A stretch of 63,990 bases of DNA from Octopus bimaculoides (Eukaryota): positions 75,422,625 to 75,486,614 of the forward strand of contig NC_068991.1 in the NCBI RefSeq assembly GCF_001194135.2, given 5' to 3'. Below, piece by piece: positions 13,600 through 25,960 of this stretch. The notes beneath the pieces were generated by a model. The model was not told where the DNA came from. It worked only from the letters and a program-made list of their open reading frames with translations, and did no database searches. Each line of letters starts with the position of its first letter. The first letter of the stretch is position 1. A program made the translations under genes and the position numbers.

Positions 13600-13800
13600 T
13601 TGGTAAGTTCATTTGAACGTTAGAAAACGCTATGAAGTATTTCTTCCGGTTCTGTATGTTCTGCGTTCAAATTCCACCGAGATTATGTTCACGTTTTATC
13701 CTTACGAGGTTGTTAACAAAGTACCAATAAGTACTGGATCGATAGTATCGACTAACCCTCATTTCCCAAAGATATTCTTGTGTTTAAATTAGAAACAATT
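13600..13800 (+). mobile_element. Degenerate SINE family A
   Basis: gttctgcgttcaaattccaccgag...aaagtaccaataagtactggatcgat. Confidence 0.6.
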
Positions 13801-14093
13801 TTATGTACTTTAAAGGGCGCAGATTTGCAAAATCGTTAGGATGTCCACCAATATGCTTTGAAGCAGATATTTTGGTTCAGAGTCAAGTTTTGATAATACA
13901 AAGTACCGGTTAAGTAGTCTGGAGAGGAAGGAGTGATTTAAACCGATTAACATAATTCTTCAATTTGTAGACACGCATCTGTGTCAGAAACGACTATATT
14001 ATTGGTTTGTCTTCTATTAATAAATAAATATAATTTTTCGGGTGTAGACTTTCAGTCTAGGAACCCATTTTAGAACGAATTGTAAGCATTGTT

Positions 14094-14126
<33 letters not shown>

Positions 14127-14814
14127 TAATTAATGTGGGAACGAATTTTTATGGTAAGAAATAAAGATTCTGGAACAAATTAGATTCGTTAGCGCAAGAT
14201 AAAATGTACTTTGTTTACAAATTATTAATTCCACCAATCAAAGGACTGATCTGTCACCGCCTACCTCATAACTTCTATGCTCTTTGTCTCGTGTATATTT
14301 AATTACCATTCACTGAATACAGTAGTTTATAATCGTTCTCGTTGCTATCGAAAGGCACTAAAGAATATTGTTTTGGTATTGATTTCTTTCATCTAATCAC
14401 CTTTCAAATCAATAAGTCACCATTGCTAATGCACCATAATTTTCTTAGCATAACTATAATCTTTTGCTAACCTTATACGTGACACAGGGCTTCTGGGACA
14501 TGTAGAAAGGAGGGAAAATGGTATTCTCAAATCAGCGGTCAAACCAGAATCCTTGCAACAGTGGTCTCCTGTGACCTAAAGAAATCTTAGTGGACCCCTG
14601 TACGCTAGAGAAAGCTAAGATGCGGTAAAGATACCTAAGGCGGCAGTTGGTAGTGTGAAATCATCTCCAACTACAGCTGGTACCTAAGGTATGTATGAGT
14701 ATCTTCCACTCATGTAAACCATAGCAGGATTTAGAAATCAGAATACGAAGAGCTGGAAAAATGACAGTAAGGCAATCCGGTCTGGTGTTCTTACAGCACC
14801 GTTTTTAATACGTC

Positions 14815-14960
14815 TTGGGATGGTCGTTCTTGTTAGTTTTCATCAGTCTTGAAACAATGAAAGGCAAAGTTGACCTTGGCGAAATTCGAACACAAAGTGG
14901 AGACAGTCGGGAAGATACCGCCGGACATTCAGTTGGACGCTCTAACGACTCTATTAATTG
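14815..14960 (-). mobile_element. Degenerate SINE family A
   Basis: atgaaaggcaaagttgaccttggcgaaattcgaac. Confidence 0.6.
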
Positions 14961-15029
14961 ACCGCTTATAAATTTATTGGAATACATTTGACTTCATTTA
15001 AAACATTTTTTTAAATATCTTTTTTTTTT

Positions 15030-15405
15030 ATCTTGTACTTGTTTCAGTCATTGGACTGCAGCCATGATTAGACAACTCTTTCAAGGCTTTGGTCGAACAA
15101 ATCGACTGTAGTACTTCCTGCAAATCTGATACTTATTTTATTGGTTTCTTTGGCCGAACAGCCAAGTTACGGGAATATAAATAAACCAACACTGATTGTT
15201 AAGCGGTGAGGGTGGTGAACAATCATAAACTAAACAAAAATATAAAAGGCACATACTTAGGACACATACACGATGGGCTTCCTTTCATTTTCCGTCTACC
15301 AAATTCATTCATAAGGCAATGGATGGCGCGGGGCCATAGTCAACTGAATCCGAACTCACCTGGTAGCTAGCGAAGCGAGCTTTTTAACGACTAAACCAGG
15401 CTTCG
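15030..15405 (-). mobile_element. SINE family B (CORE-like domain), diverged
   Basis: tacttgtttcagtcattggactgcagccatg...ccgtctaccaaattcattcataaggc matches the 25453 copy. Confidence 0.8.
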
Positions 15406-15439
15406 CCAATAAAAGTTAAAGTTTGCTTTATTTAAATCT

Positions 15440-15482
<43 letters not shown>

Positions 15483-15494
15483 TTATATACACAC

Positions 15495-15525
<31 letters not shown>

Positions 15526-15780
15526 CACATACACACGCACACAAAGACACTATATACGAATTCATTTTTATAATACTTATATTTCATTGATTTCTAACTG
15601 TACCTTTCCATGTAAAAATGTGGCTCTTATTTATTATTATAAATAATAATTTGACTTTACACAGGTAGACCGGTTTATTATCATTATTGTAATGTCCTTT
15701 CATTTTTACCTCATATTGACTGTGTATTTATTTTTTCTTATTTAAAAATGCTTTTATACCTGTATGTGTATATGCATGCG

Positions 15781-15814
<34 letters not shown>

Positions 15815-16245
15815 GATGCGTACACATACACTTGTGTAGTACGCACATATACGATTACATAACGATAAAAACGCGCATGCGCATTTACGCTTATCTAAGT
15901 AATTTTGTGGTTGTGCGAGACGTGTGTGCATATATTCACCTATGTTTATTTTCGTATGTTTATAGTTCTTTCTTTCTGTTTATATATACATTTACATATA
16001 TATGCGTATATATGTATACACACATATATATACGTATATATATATATATGTATATATACATACACATACGTATATTTATATATATTCATACATATACCCC
16101 TACATGCATGCATGCACACATACACAAACATGTATAAAAATATGTTTATGCTTGTGTGTATGAAATATATATATATATATATATATGTCTGAACATTTTT
16201 TGTTCCCTTTTGTACCATTTCATGCAAGCAGTTTTATGTGTTTAC

Positions 16246-16298
<53 letters not shown>

Positions 16299-16380
16299 TG
16301 TGTAACGTATAAATGTGTACATATATGTAACGTATACATATGTGTATATGCGAATATATCTGTGTGTGAGTGCATTTGTC
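15440..16380. repeat. (CA)n/(TA)n microsatellite-rich block
   Basis: Seen directly. Confidence 0.85.
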
Positions 16381-17179
16381 TAAATGTTTGTATGCCTATA
16401 AATTTTTATTACCTTCTGTATCTACATTTTAGAATTGTTATGTCTCTGTATTACTGCATATATCAATTTAAACTCAGTTCCTCACCTTTCATTCCGTCAG
16501 TCAAATTAGTTCCTTTAAGCGCGCTTTTTCATACCTCTATATTTTCATATATTCACTATATACCAACAAAAGGTTTCTTGCAATAGTATCTTGTTTATTT
16601 TCTTTGCACATATACTCTTGACAAATTTATTACCTCCCATTAAGTAATACCCCCCGTTAAGTAACACCTTCAATAAGCTAATTGCCATCGATTTGTATAT
16701 GTTTTGTATTTAATAGTTCTATAACTCTATTTTTTTCACGCTCTCCTATTATTTTAGGTGAAATACTAAATTTGAAGTTTATTTCCAGTGTGTAATTTTA
16801 ACACATTTTATTAATGTACAATTTTATTTTTATATCTTTGTAGATATTGGAGTTTACAACAAAACTGATAATGCTATAATTTAATTAGACACTTCTTTTT
16901 CCTCCATAACTTTTTGTCGTATCTATTATTTTTTTTTATCTAAAGATCTATATAATTCATAACAATTTTTCTGTAATAGTGAATATAATGCTACAAGCAA
17001 TGGCTCATAATTCAAGTATGTTTACTGAAAAATTCCTTACTCTAAAAAATATTATTTCGTCGCTGACATAACAGCTCAAGATCAAATTCCTAAATGTTCA
17101 GGTTTTACTTTTTAAACCCTCTTCCTTTTAGAAATCCATTTTCTTTATAACGCTTCTATTTCTTAACATATAAAACTAC

Positions 17180-17340
17180 CATCTCTTATTCTTTCCTCGT
17201 CGAAGAACCAATGATAGGCGAAACTTTGAAGTAACAGTCAGTCAATGCTCGAAACGTAAAACTACCTTTCTTTCCTTCCTTGAGCGTCTGCTAATACTTT
17301 GCATGTACCTCGGCCTCACGTTATTGTTTTTTATTATTGT
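17180..17340 (+). mobile_element. Penelope-associated short repeat with a composite hammerhead-like motif
   Basis: tcgaagaacc...ggcGAAACTTTGAAGT...gctcGAAACGTA; downstream gagcgtctgctaatac...cctcacgtt is shared with the 28095 and 52200 copies. Confidence 0.5.
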
Positions 17341-18565
17341 GTTTGTTTGTTTTTATTTACTATATATATATAAATAGAGATTTTGTGGTGTTAATGTGTG
17401 AAGTCTCAAGCTGAATTCTGCGTGTACTGCATTTGACAAAGACAAAACAAAAAAGCATGAGACTTAATGTGAACAAATAGAAATCTATAGTGAATTTTTA
17501 AGTAATAAACTGTCACAGATTAAGTATTAAGACCATTTATAACTAACTGCATCTATTAGATCTGGTGGCTTTATTTTGTCACAGATTTACGATGCCAACA
17601 AAACTGGCTTGTTCTTCCGAACTGTTCCGTAAAATGCACTCTTCTACAATCATGAGAATAACACTCTTGGTCGCAAATTAAATTTGAAGCATTTACTGAT
17701 GGATAAAAATCGCACAAGCAACACGAATACATTATAAGACAAAACGGAGAAAAACAAGTGATACATGGAGTCAGACGTTTGAATATATATGACTGAAAAG
17801 GCGTAGAAATATAAAGAGGAAAAGTGAACAGTCAAAGAAGTGTACAATGATGCTAACTATTCCAGAGAAAACAGCAGAAATGAATATCGTTTCGAGTGAT
17901 AACCTTTACCGAAAAGAAGGAAAAGGATTAAGAGAAGTGGAAGGAAAAGAAACATATACGGCACCGAATTTAAGGTGCCTTTGTACATAGTGAGTCAAAG
18001 GTAAAATGGTAATGGATGGCTTGCATCGTATGAAGCCAAATATTGAACGGAAATAAAAAAATGCCCACAAACATTAAATGTTATGAATCAGGGATCCGTC
18101 ATATACAAAAGTTTAAAAACCCGTGGTTTACCTCAGATATTTTTCTATTTCTTAAAACATTTATTCTTTGATGTGAATGACTTCCAAACAGACGTTGCGA
18201 AGATTTCTAATAACGTAAAAACACTTTTACTTTTTGATAATACTATTTAATCATCCAAGCGTTGGGAACTTAGTAGAAATGGCAGAATTAAATCTCTCTT
18301 TTCCTTTTCTCATTAAAAAGTCATAAAAAAAAAAAAGGTTTCCCTGCGTGACCTTCGGTTTAATGGACTTTCGTCATCAGCTGAAACACTGTATTTGGCA
18401 GCTAACTGCATTCCGAAATGTAACATTATACTCACTGCAGCAGATCGCGCACCAGCAATAACGGTACGACGCAAGTGAGAACTGGAACTTCTGAAAGACG
18501 ATACTCCTGATAAAATCACCGCTCACAGTATTACATTCAACCGCATACGCGCGCTCATACGCACA

Positions 18566-18566
<1 letters not shown>

Positions 18567-18604
<38 letters not shown>
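18567..18604. repeat. (GA)n microsatellite
   Basis: Seen directly. Confidence 0.97.
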
Positions 18605-18606
<2 letters not shown>

Positions 18607-19822
18607 TGGCAGTTACTAGCGTAAGTTCTAGGTTAGAGAAATTGATGAAAAAGGTAATAAAAATGATAAATCTGATAAAAACCTATCCGTACGCAGTAAC
18701 GTCTTACGAATAGTTCTGTAAGAATATGAATGAATAACGTGAGATTGTTTCTCCGTATCATTGTATGATGGCTATCGAAAGGAAACTGTTTGAAAGGTTT
18801 ATTGCTCAATGTGATGTTCTAGTGTTCTTTGGTAAAGATCAATGAGATCTCAGTTCACATGATTCAACGACAGGACTTTGACTTCATATCTCGCTGAAGA
18901 TTTTCATAAATAAATGCATTAAATAACTTCAAGTCGACCAGAAAAAGTTTGGCGTCTGCAAAACTAAAATGGTTGCATTCAAAGCAGACTGGTTATTTAG
19001 AAAGTTCATGTTTTCAGAAACAACCTCTCTTTTGTTTCACACATTTTAGTAAATATGATGATACAAATTATATCAGAACATTTCTCTAATATTCATGATG
19101 ACATGAGCGACAAATTCATGGACCTTTAACAGATAAATTGCCTTTCTTCAATTGTTCAGCCATTTCTGTTTAACTGCAAAAATATTAGCTGTCTGGTTAA
19201 AATGGAAGCTGGTCAAATTAACGATCAAACAAAATAAGGCAAAATAAAGACAGTCATGATAGCACGAAACCGTTCGAGACTTCAAAAGATTTCATATGTG
19301 GGTGGATCCCAAACACGTTGTCAAATATAACGAAATTATTGCACATGTCATTCAGTAAGTGATTTTGGCTCCCTTCAACAACATATTTTGATGAATGTGT
19401 CTTCCGCCATAAAATCAAGGGCGTCTCGACATTTGCGGGGGTCGTGACCTTCGAGCATGAATAAGTTCGATGTTGTCATTCGGTTTTGTAGTTTAGTATC
19501 TCTGCTTGTAGTCTCAAGTGGGTATTAAATCAGATGGAAGTTTCGCGTTATGAGGATTTCATTATTGCTGTCTGTTGCTTTTGATGATATTCAATAAAGC
19601 GCTTTTGGCTTTCATAACAACATATTTGAACATTAAATCATATGGAAATTTTACGATCAATTGAAATAAGGACTTCTTTTTTTCATTTGATTGCAATTAA
19701 TATGAAAAAATCAATTTCATAAATTGTTTCAATAATTACCACTGTGAAAGAATAATTATGAAAAAATTATTGGATCGCAATTCAATATGGCGGGGGAGAA
19801 GGGAGGAAACACGAAGTAGTAA

Positions 19823-19824
<2 letters not shown>

Positions 19825-19882
<58 letters not shown>

Positions 19883-20080
19883 TGATATGGGACTGAGAAA
19901 TTCTGTTTTCAACGGAGCTCTGTAAATGCGTGTGTCAACAGTAAACAGCAGAAACAAAAACAGCCACAAAGCTCATCATCATCATCATCATCATCGTCAC
20001 TACCACTACCCTCCTGCGGCTCCTCCGCCTCCTCTTCCTCGTCCTGCTCCTCCACAACCTTCTCCTCCTCCTCTTTATTA
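19825..20080. repeat. (GT)n followed by a (CAT)n/(CCT)n low-complexity tract
   Basis: Seen directly; explains the His/Pro-rich ORF 19926-20228. Confidence 0.85.
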
Positions 20081-20571
20081 TTATCGCCATCTGAACAGTT
20101 CCCAAGGCTATATGATGGCGGCATACAATGCTCTAGTAATCAGACCAGAATCAACATCTGATTGGCTGCCACAGGGGAAAAACAATATTAATTTACTCAA
20201 ACAAAGATGGGCAACATTAACTCCTTAAAACAAAAATACCAGGGAACCCTAAAACTATAGTGCTATAACTTGATTGCTAACAATATATAAAACGCTTTCA
20301 GCTTTAGAGACCAATGGTATATTACTGGAAGAGAAAGAGGCCTACATGAAACGGATTTACGGCTGTAATGAGTAGCTAGTGGTTGTCGGAGTTATAGTAG
20401 GAAACAGCAAAATGAAAGGACCTAAAGAATGATGAATGTAAAATATTTTATAATAGTCCATACGTATGTATTCCGGAGACACACAACATAAATAAAGCAG
20501 CCTTAATGTTAACAGAATACATAAAGCAGAGTATGTCAAAGTGTAAAACAGCAATACCGCTATAAGGTCAT

Positions 20572-21110
20572 CATCAATCGTCAGCCAGGTCCAAATCTCT
20601 CTGGCCAAGAATCTCCCTTTGTCCAGGTCTCTCTTGTCAAGATTCTCCAGTTACCTCTGTGTTGTGCTGCATGCATGCAATCGTCCAAACATTTGTTTCC
20701 CATCCATTCTTTGATGTCGTCACTCCACAGACGTCTTTGATGACCCATGGCTCTCTTCCCTTCGACACTTCCTATCAGTATGGTCTCGGGTAGTGACATG
20801 TGCATTGCAGGTCCAAAATAGGAAAGCTTTGTGGATTTGACTCTCGAAAATAGGCGACATTTGACTTTCAGATTTTCTTGAACTGCATCATTTATTACCC
20901 TGTGTTTCCAGCTTATCCTGCCAAATCTGCAAAAGATCTACATTCCTAAGGCTTCTATCTTTTTCAACATAGCTGTGTGCATTGTTAAAGATTCTGCTCC
21001 ATAGAGAACAATTGACATAATGTACTGGTCTGCTAGCCTCAATTTAAGATACCATGCCTTTGAGGCTTAGATTTTATTAGAGAAAGAAAAGGTAATCAAA
21101 ATCAGCCCTT
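20572..21110 (-). mobile_element. RTE-clade LINE 3' fragment (decayed RT C-terminus) with a TGA-type tail
   Basis: LKLRL..YIMSIVLYGAES...LKKIEA...RISW...KLSYFG..M...SLPETILIGSVEGKR..G..RRLWSDDIKEW...R..W; tail gattgatgatga. Confidence 0.88.
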
Positions 21111-21981
21111 TTCCTATAAGAAGCAGCATCTTCCAGCGAAACACAGAACTTTCGTATTCTTTTGCTTAGTTCTGACTACATTAAAAATATTTTGAACGAA
21201 ACCACCAAAGGTTATAGATGTTACAGACAAACTATTAACCATCGAGATGGAGGACTAGGCATAATATACAACGGGAAATAAAATAGTTCATAATCTCAGT
21301 CAAGATAAGAATGATTGAAAGAGTAGATAAGTGTACCAAAATTGCTATAAGAATATTCAAATTAACTAAAACCGAGCATATTAAATTAGAGAAACGTAAA
21401 AACTAGAGAATTAATCTAGAGTTACTGAAACATTTTCTGCATTGGCCAATTCGGTTGACTGAGCTGTTGGAACATTAACCGGCGGGACCGCTTTTGCTGT
21501 TTATATCTCTGCTACTGCGACTGCCTGTTCTTCTCTAGTTCTTGAGGAAAGAAAGATATTAAGTGACCCCAATTTATGAGTGTAACAGCTGAGGTTTCTG
21601 TCCTGAACCTCACTGTGATCTCATTGCTTTTGGGTTTGCACCAACGAAGGGGCACAACTTCAGAATGACCTTGTGATTCGGAGGAGAATTAAGATTTTCA
21701 AGTTTATACGAAACTCTTTCGACCACATATACTTTTTTAATGCCGTCTGCTCTTACAATCTGTTCACACTGTGCTAAAAAGGTCCAGCGGGTAATGCTAC
21801 TACCATTGTACTGAATATGGTCCTTCAGTTGCCTTGTATAGTAATATGCGTCTCTGAGCTGGTATCTTTCGCATCAGTGTTGCCTGTCACTTTGTCTAGT
21901 TTCGTTTCTTGTTTGAAGAACAGGCAGGAACCCCGTAAATTAAGCTCCCTCTCTCTCTCTCACACACACACACATATACAC

Positions 21982-22037
<56 letters not shown>

Positions 22038-22166
22038 CGTGTATAAGGGATGACCACTAGGTGGACATCCAATATGCTAGAAAGAGGTCATCAACGACCC
22101 AACCAAAGAAAAATAATGTTCTCCAGAAAAACTTCGCAATTTATCACCCTATCTATATAAATAATT

Positions 22167-22205
<39 letters not shown>

Positions 22206-23903
22206 ATATATATATATATGTATATGTGTGTGTATATATATATATACATATATATATTGCATTTATAACACACATACACACATACGTATGCACGCATACG
22301 TATGTGTGCTAACTGTGTGGGCACAGTGCATAATTTGTAAGCTATGAACTATAGATTAAATACAGAAGAAGAGGCAGCGTTCAAATTACGTCATCAGGGT
22401 ATTGATGAAACGTGATATATACAAGAAAAATACAGAAAGCGGTTGTCAAAACATGTTAGAAGCAATTAGTTAATAGACAGATTTTATCAAAATGGAACAG
22501 AAGTTCTATGAAGCATGATTATATAAATCAGAGTGAAAACTATTTTAGTCAGATTAACAGTTATACATTTTAACTGAACGAGACGATGCCGAGTTGACCA
22601 AAATAGAATTGATAATATATTAGTGTATGGTTGTATTTATATATGTCTCGAGAAAGTGGTATACTGAAGAAAATATGAGGAACATCACGTTTGACAGATG
22701 ACAATTATAGCTTCATAGCAAATGTGTGTCTAACGGTGAAGTATTATTTGTTGCTCAAAGTCCGTATACGTTTGACGGTTTAATCACTTTCTTTTACTTT
22801 GATTTTTAATCTTTTAGCCAGGAAGGAAGGCGGTGTCTATAACAAAACCTCGGAGATTGGTGGGGGAAAAACGAGGAAGGTTTTCTAAAACTGGAAGCCT
22901 GTCCTGAATGCTTGCAATAGAATGGACTTCATTCAATGCTTTTAGTGCAGTTCAGTGTGCTATTATTAAATTGGAAACGATTGAATCTATCTCTGAAGCA
23001 GGCCACTGCAGGATTTGAACTTGGAACGCAAAGTTGGAACAAATATTGCAATGTATTCTGCATTTTTGCCAATCCACCACCCAAGATTGGTGCTTTGCTT
23101 ATCGATTTCTAACGAATGAACAGCTAAGTTTATCTCGGAATAATTTGAGTGCAGACCGCAGAGTAGGAAGAAATATAGAAATATAGTCTTCTATCAGAAA
23201 ATTCGATCTTGGTTCAGTAAAATCACCAAACTATATTCCTGTTGCAAATTTTACCGTAATTCATAATTCTATTCCTCCCCTCTAGTTGTTGCTGTTGTGG
23301 TGGTTACATAGCTCTTGGTAATTATTGATCCAATAGCCCTGTGCTCCATATCATTGCAGATACATCTAGCACTACATCATCTCATGTGTCCTTCTCTGTC
23401 ATTTGAAATGAGGTGATGACTGTTGTAAGATTTGAATGAAATTTGAATGAGATTTGACTGTTATTTCTAGCAAAAATCAAGAGAGCGCCTAATGATTCCG
23501 CCTTTCTAGTTGTTGCTTTCGTTATGGATTTTGAATTTAGGTAAAACGAAATGTGCTTATCCTACGCTTCATTGACCTACAGAATACAATTAATAATGAG
23601 TTTATCAAGTCATGCTGAGTTTCAAAATATGAAACAGAGAATGGATGTGATAAACTTCTCTATTATATTTATTAATAATCTAAATGTATATGGGGATGAG
23701 AAAAAAGAAAGAGAAAGAGAGGGAAAGAGAGAGACAGAAAACAGAGAGAGAGAAATATTTGTTTATATGCGACAAATAGAATCTCATAATTTATCAGAAT
23801 TTTATTGCTAATTTCCTAATGATTGCTTAGCCGCCGGTCAAAGGTATTTCAGCCACGACTATCCCATTCTTTTTCAAATATACTGTACCTAAATCTACAT
23901 TGT

Positions 23904-24215
23904 GGAGGCACAATGACCCAGTGGTTAGGGCAGCGGAATCGTGGTCGGAGGATCGCGGTTTCGATTCCCAGGCCGGGCGTTGTGTGTGTTTATTGAGCGA
24001 AAACACCTAAAAGCTCTACGTGGCTCCGGCAGGAGGTGGTGGTGACCCCTGTTGTACTCTTTTGCTCCAACATTCTCTCACTCTTTCTTCCTGTTTCTTG
24101 AGTAACGCTGCGATAGACTGGCGTCCCGTCCAGCTGGGGGGAACGCGTACGCCATAGAAACCGGAAAACTGGGCCCATGAGCCTGGATAGGCTTTAAAAG
24201 GGCGCATAATAAATA
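23904..24215 (+). mobile_element. SINE family C (tRNA-like head, CORE-like ttgagcgaaaacacctaaaagctc), tail variant 1
   Basis: ggaggcacaatgacccagtggttagggcagcgg...ggtttcgattccc (A- and B-box-like); ends (aaat)n. Confidence 0.88.
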
Positions 24216-25358
24216 ATAATAAATACGTATACACTATTCAATGGTTCATTTCCTTTTTAACCTTATAACGTTTAAAGGATGAATATGAAGAAAGTTTTTT
24301 ATTTATTTATTAGCCCATTTCAGTATCTGACGTAACAAAAGCTAACACACGAGCACGCGCATACATACGTACATATTTTCGGGCGATTACGGTCCCTGTC
24401 ATATGTATACAATAATGTGCTTTGCTAGAAATAAGAGCTGAAAAGCTCTAATGCTGTAGTCAATATCGGTTTTCTAACAACCTAGTTTTATTCAGTGACA
24501 GTTATAATTTTCCTTTTTAGTAAAACATTGCACACAGCTGTCTATATCAATATATATACAATGCGTTATAAAATGCTAAATTGTGGTAAAGATAGTGACC
24601 TGGTAGTATTAAGAGAAATCCAAAGACTAAATTCCAAATTCTTCATCAGAGCTAGGTAGTATGGATGTAGAAAGCCTTTTGTCGAGCGGGCATGGAAGCT
24701 GGAAAGACAGACAAGAAATTGCAACGTAAGAAATGTATTTAAAGTTGTGTGCACAATTACATCATGTAATCAAGTCATATTTATACCCGTTTCGGATAAT
24801 TGGTGATGTGTGCTATAGCCATTCATATTACGTTATGAAGTCCAGCAATATTGTAGGAGCATAAACACTCATAGAATTTGAACTTCATTGGATAATATGC
24901 ATGTTTGTAGCATTAGTCATCATTTATCTGAAACAGCAGTAAAGATAAGATTTGATTATACCATGTAACTGTATACGCAACTTTCCATAAAAATGCATAC
25001 ATTCTTTGCGCTGTTGTCGGTCTGTCTTTTCTTACACACCCACAAACACACATACACACACGCATATATATATATATATATATACTGGGGTATGCAAGTG
25101 AAACTACTTTAAATTAATAAAAGCATATTTCAACAGAAATATGATAATTAGATCGCTACAGATAATTAGTTTGCTACAGACAAGAATTGAGCTAGGAACA
25201 GTTCACAAACGAACGCATTCTGCATAAAGACGCTTATTGCATAGGGTTAGTAAAACTAATAAAGATCGCTTGATTAGCCAGAACTGGCAGCTAAGTATCC
25301 TGAATTCATATTGCCTCTTAAAACAGAGAATATTGGATATTAGAATCACTCATAAATA

Positions 25359-25659
25359 CGAGGGAGTGCTGAGAACTTCCTGGCTTCGGCTAAAACAAAA
25401 TACAGGAATATCAGTCAATTATGATTTTATTCAACATATTCGCTTCTCAGATTTTCTCTTTTACTTGTTTCAATCATTTGACTGTGGCCATGCTGGAGCA
25501 CCGCCTTTAGTCGAGCAAATTGACCCCACGACTTATTCTTTGTAAGCCGAATACTTATTCTATCGGCCTCTTTTTGCCGAACCGCTAAGTTACGGGGACG
25601 TAAACACACGAGCATCGGTTCTCAAGCGATGGTGGGAGGACAAACACACATACATACAT

Positions 25660-25699
<40 letters not shown>

Positions 25700-25960
25700 G
25701 ACGGGCTTCTTTCAGTTTCCGTCTAACAAATTCACACACAAGGCTTTGGTCGGTCTGAGGCTATAGCAGAAGACACTTGCTCAAGGTGCCACGCAGTGGG
25801 ACTGAACCCGGAACCATGTAGTTGGTAGGCAAGCTACTTACCACACAGCCACTCCGACTTACCACACAGCCATACACTTATTGCAGCGGTCCTTCAGTTT
25901 TTCTAAGCCCACTGAAAGAAATCGGAAAGGTGAAGCCAGGAAATTTTCAGCACCTACTCG
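25359..25960. mobile_element. Mariner-type MITE (about 180 bp of its own sequence) with TA duplication, split by a SINE
   Basis: TA-cgagggagtgctgagaacttcctggcttc ... gaagccaggaaattttcagcacctactcg-TA; interior matches the uninterrupted partial copy at 53186. Confidence 0.88.
25453..25855 (-). mobile_element. Full-length SINE family B with an internal (CA)/(TA) microsatellite
   Basis: Head ggagtggctgtgtggtaagtagc...ggttcagtccc; CORE-like gcaccttgagcaagtgtcttct; microsatellite 25641-25698; tail actgattgaaacaagtaaaaga-like. Confidence 0.92.

Noticed and set aside
18355-18380. Minus-strand CTGATGACGAAAGTC as a hammerhead; also gccgaaacgcgtc at about 2358 and ctgatgac at about 63600
   Set aside because: No stem II or no matching second half of the core.
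19926-20228. His/Pro-rich 100-aa ORF resembling a transcription-factor low-complexity region
   Set aside because: Explained by (CAT)n/(CCT)n repeats; no domain and no convincing splice sites.
21190-21800. Possible LINE endonuclease (KGYRCYRQ...DGGLGII, +) and knuckle-like (LCPFVGANPKA, -) remnants
   Set aside because: Too decayed, on opposite strands, and not supportable without a profile search.
23904-23975. tRNA gene candidates at SINE heads (also 54503, 61518, 25800)
   Set aside because: A- and B-box-like motifs are present but they continue into SINE bodies with no complete cloverleaf.
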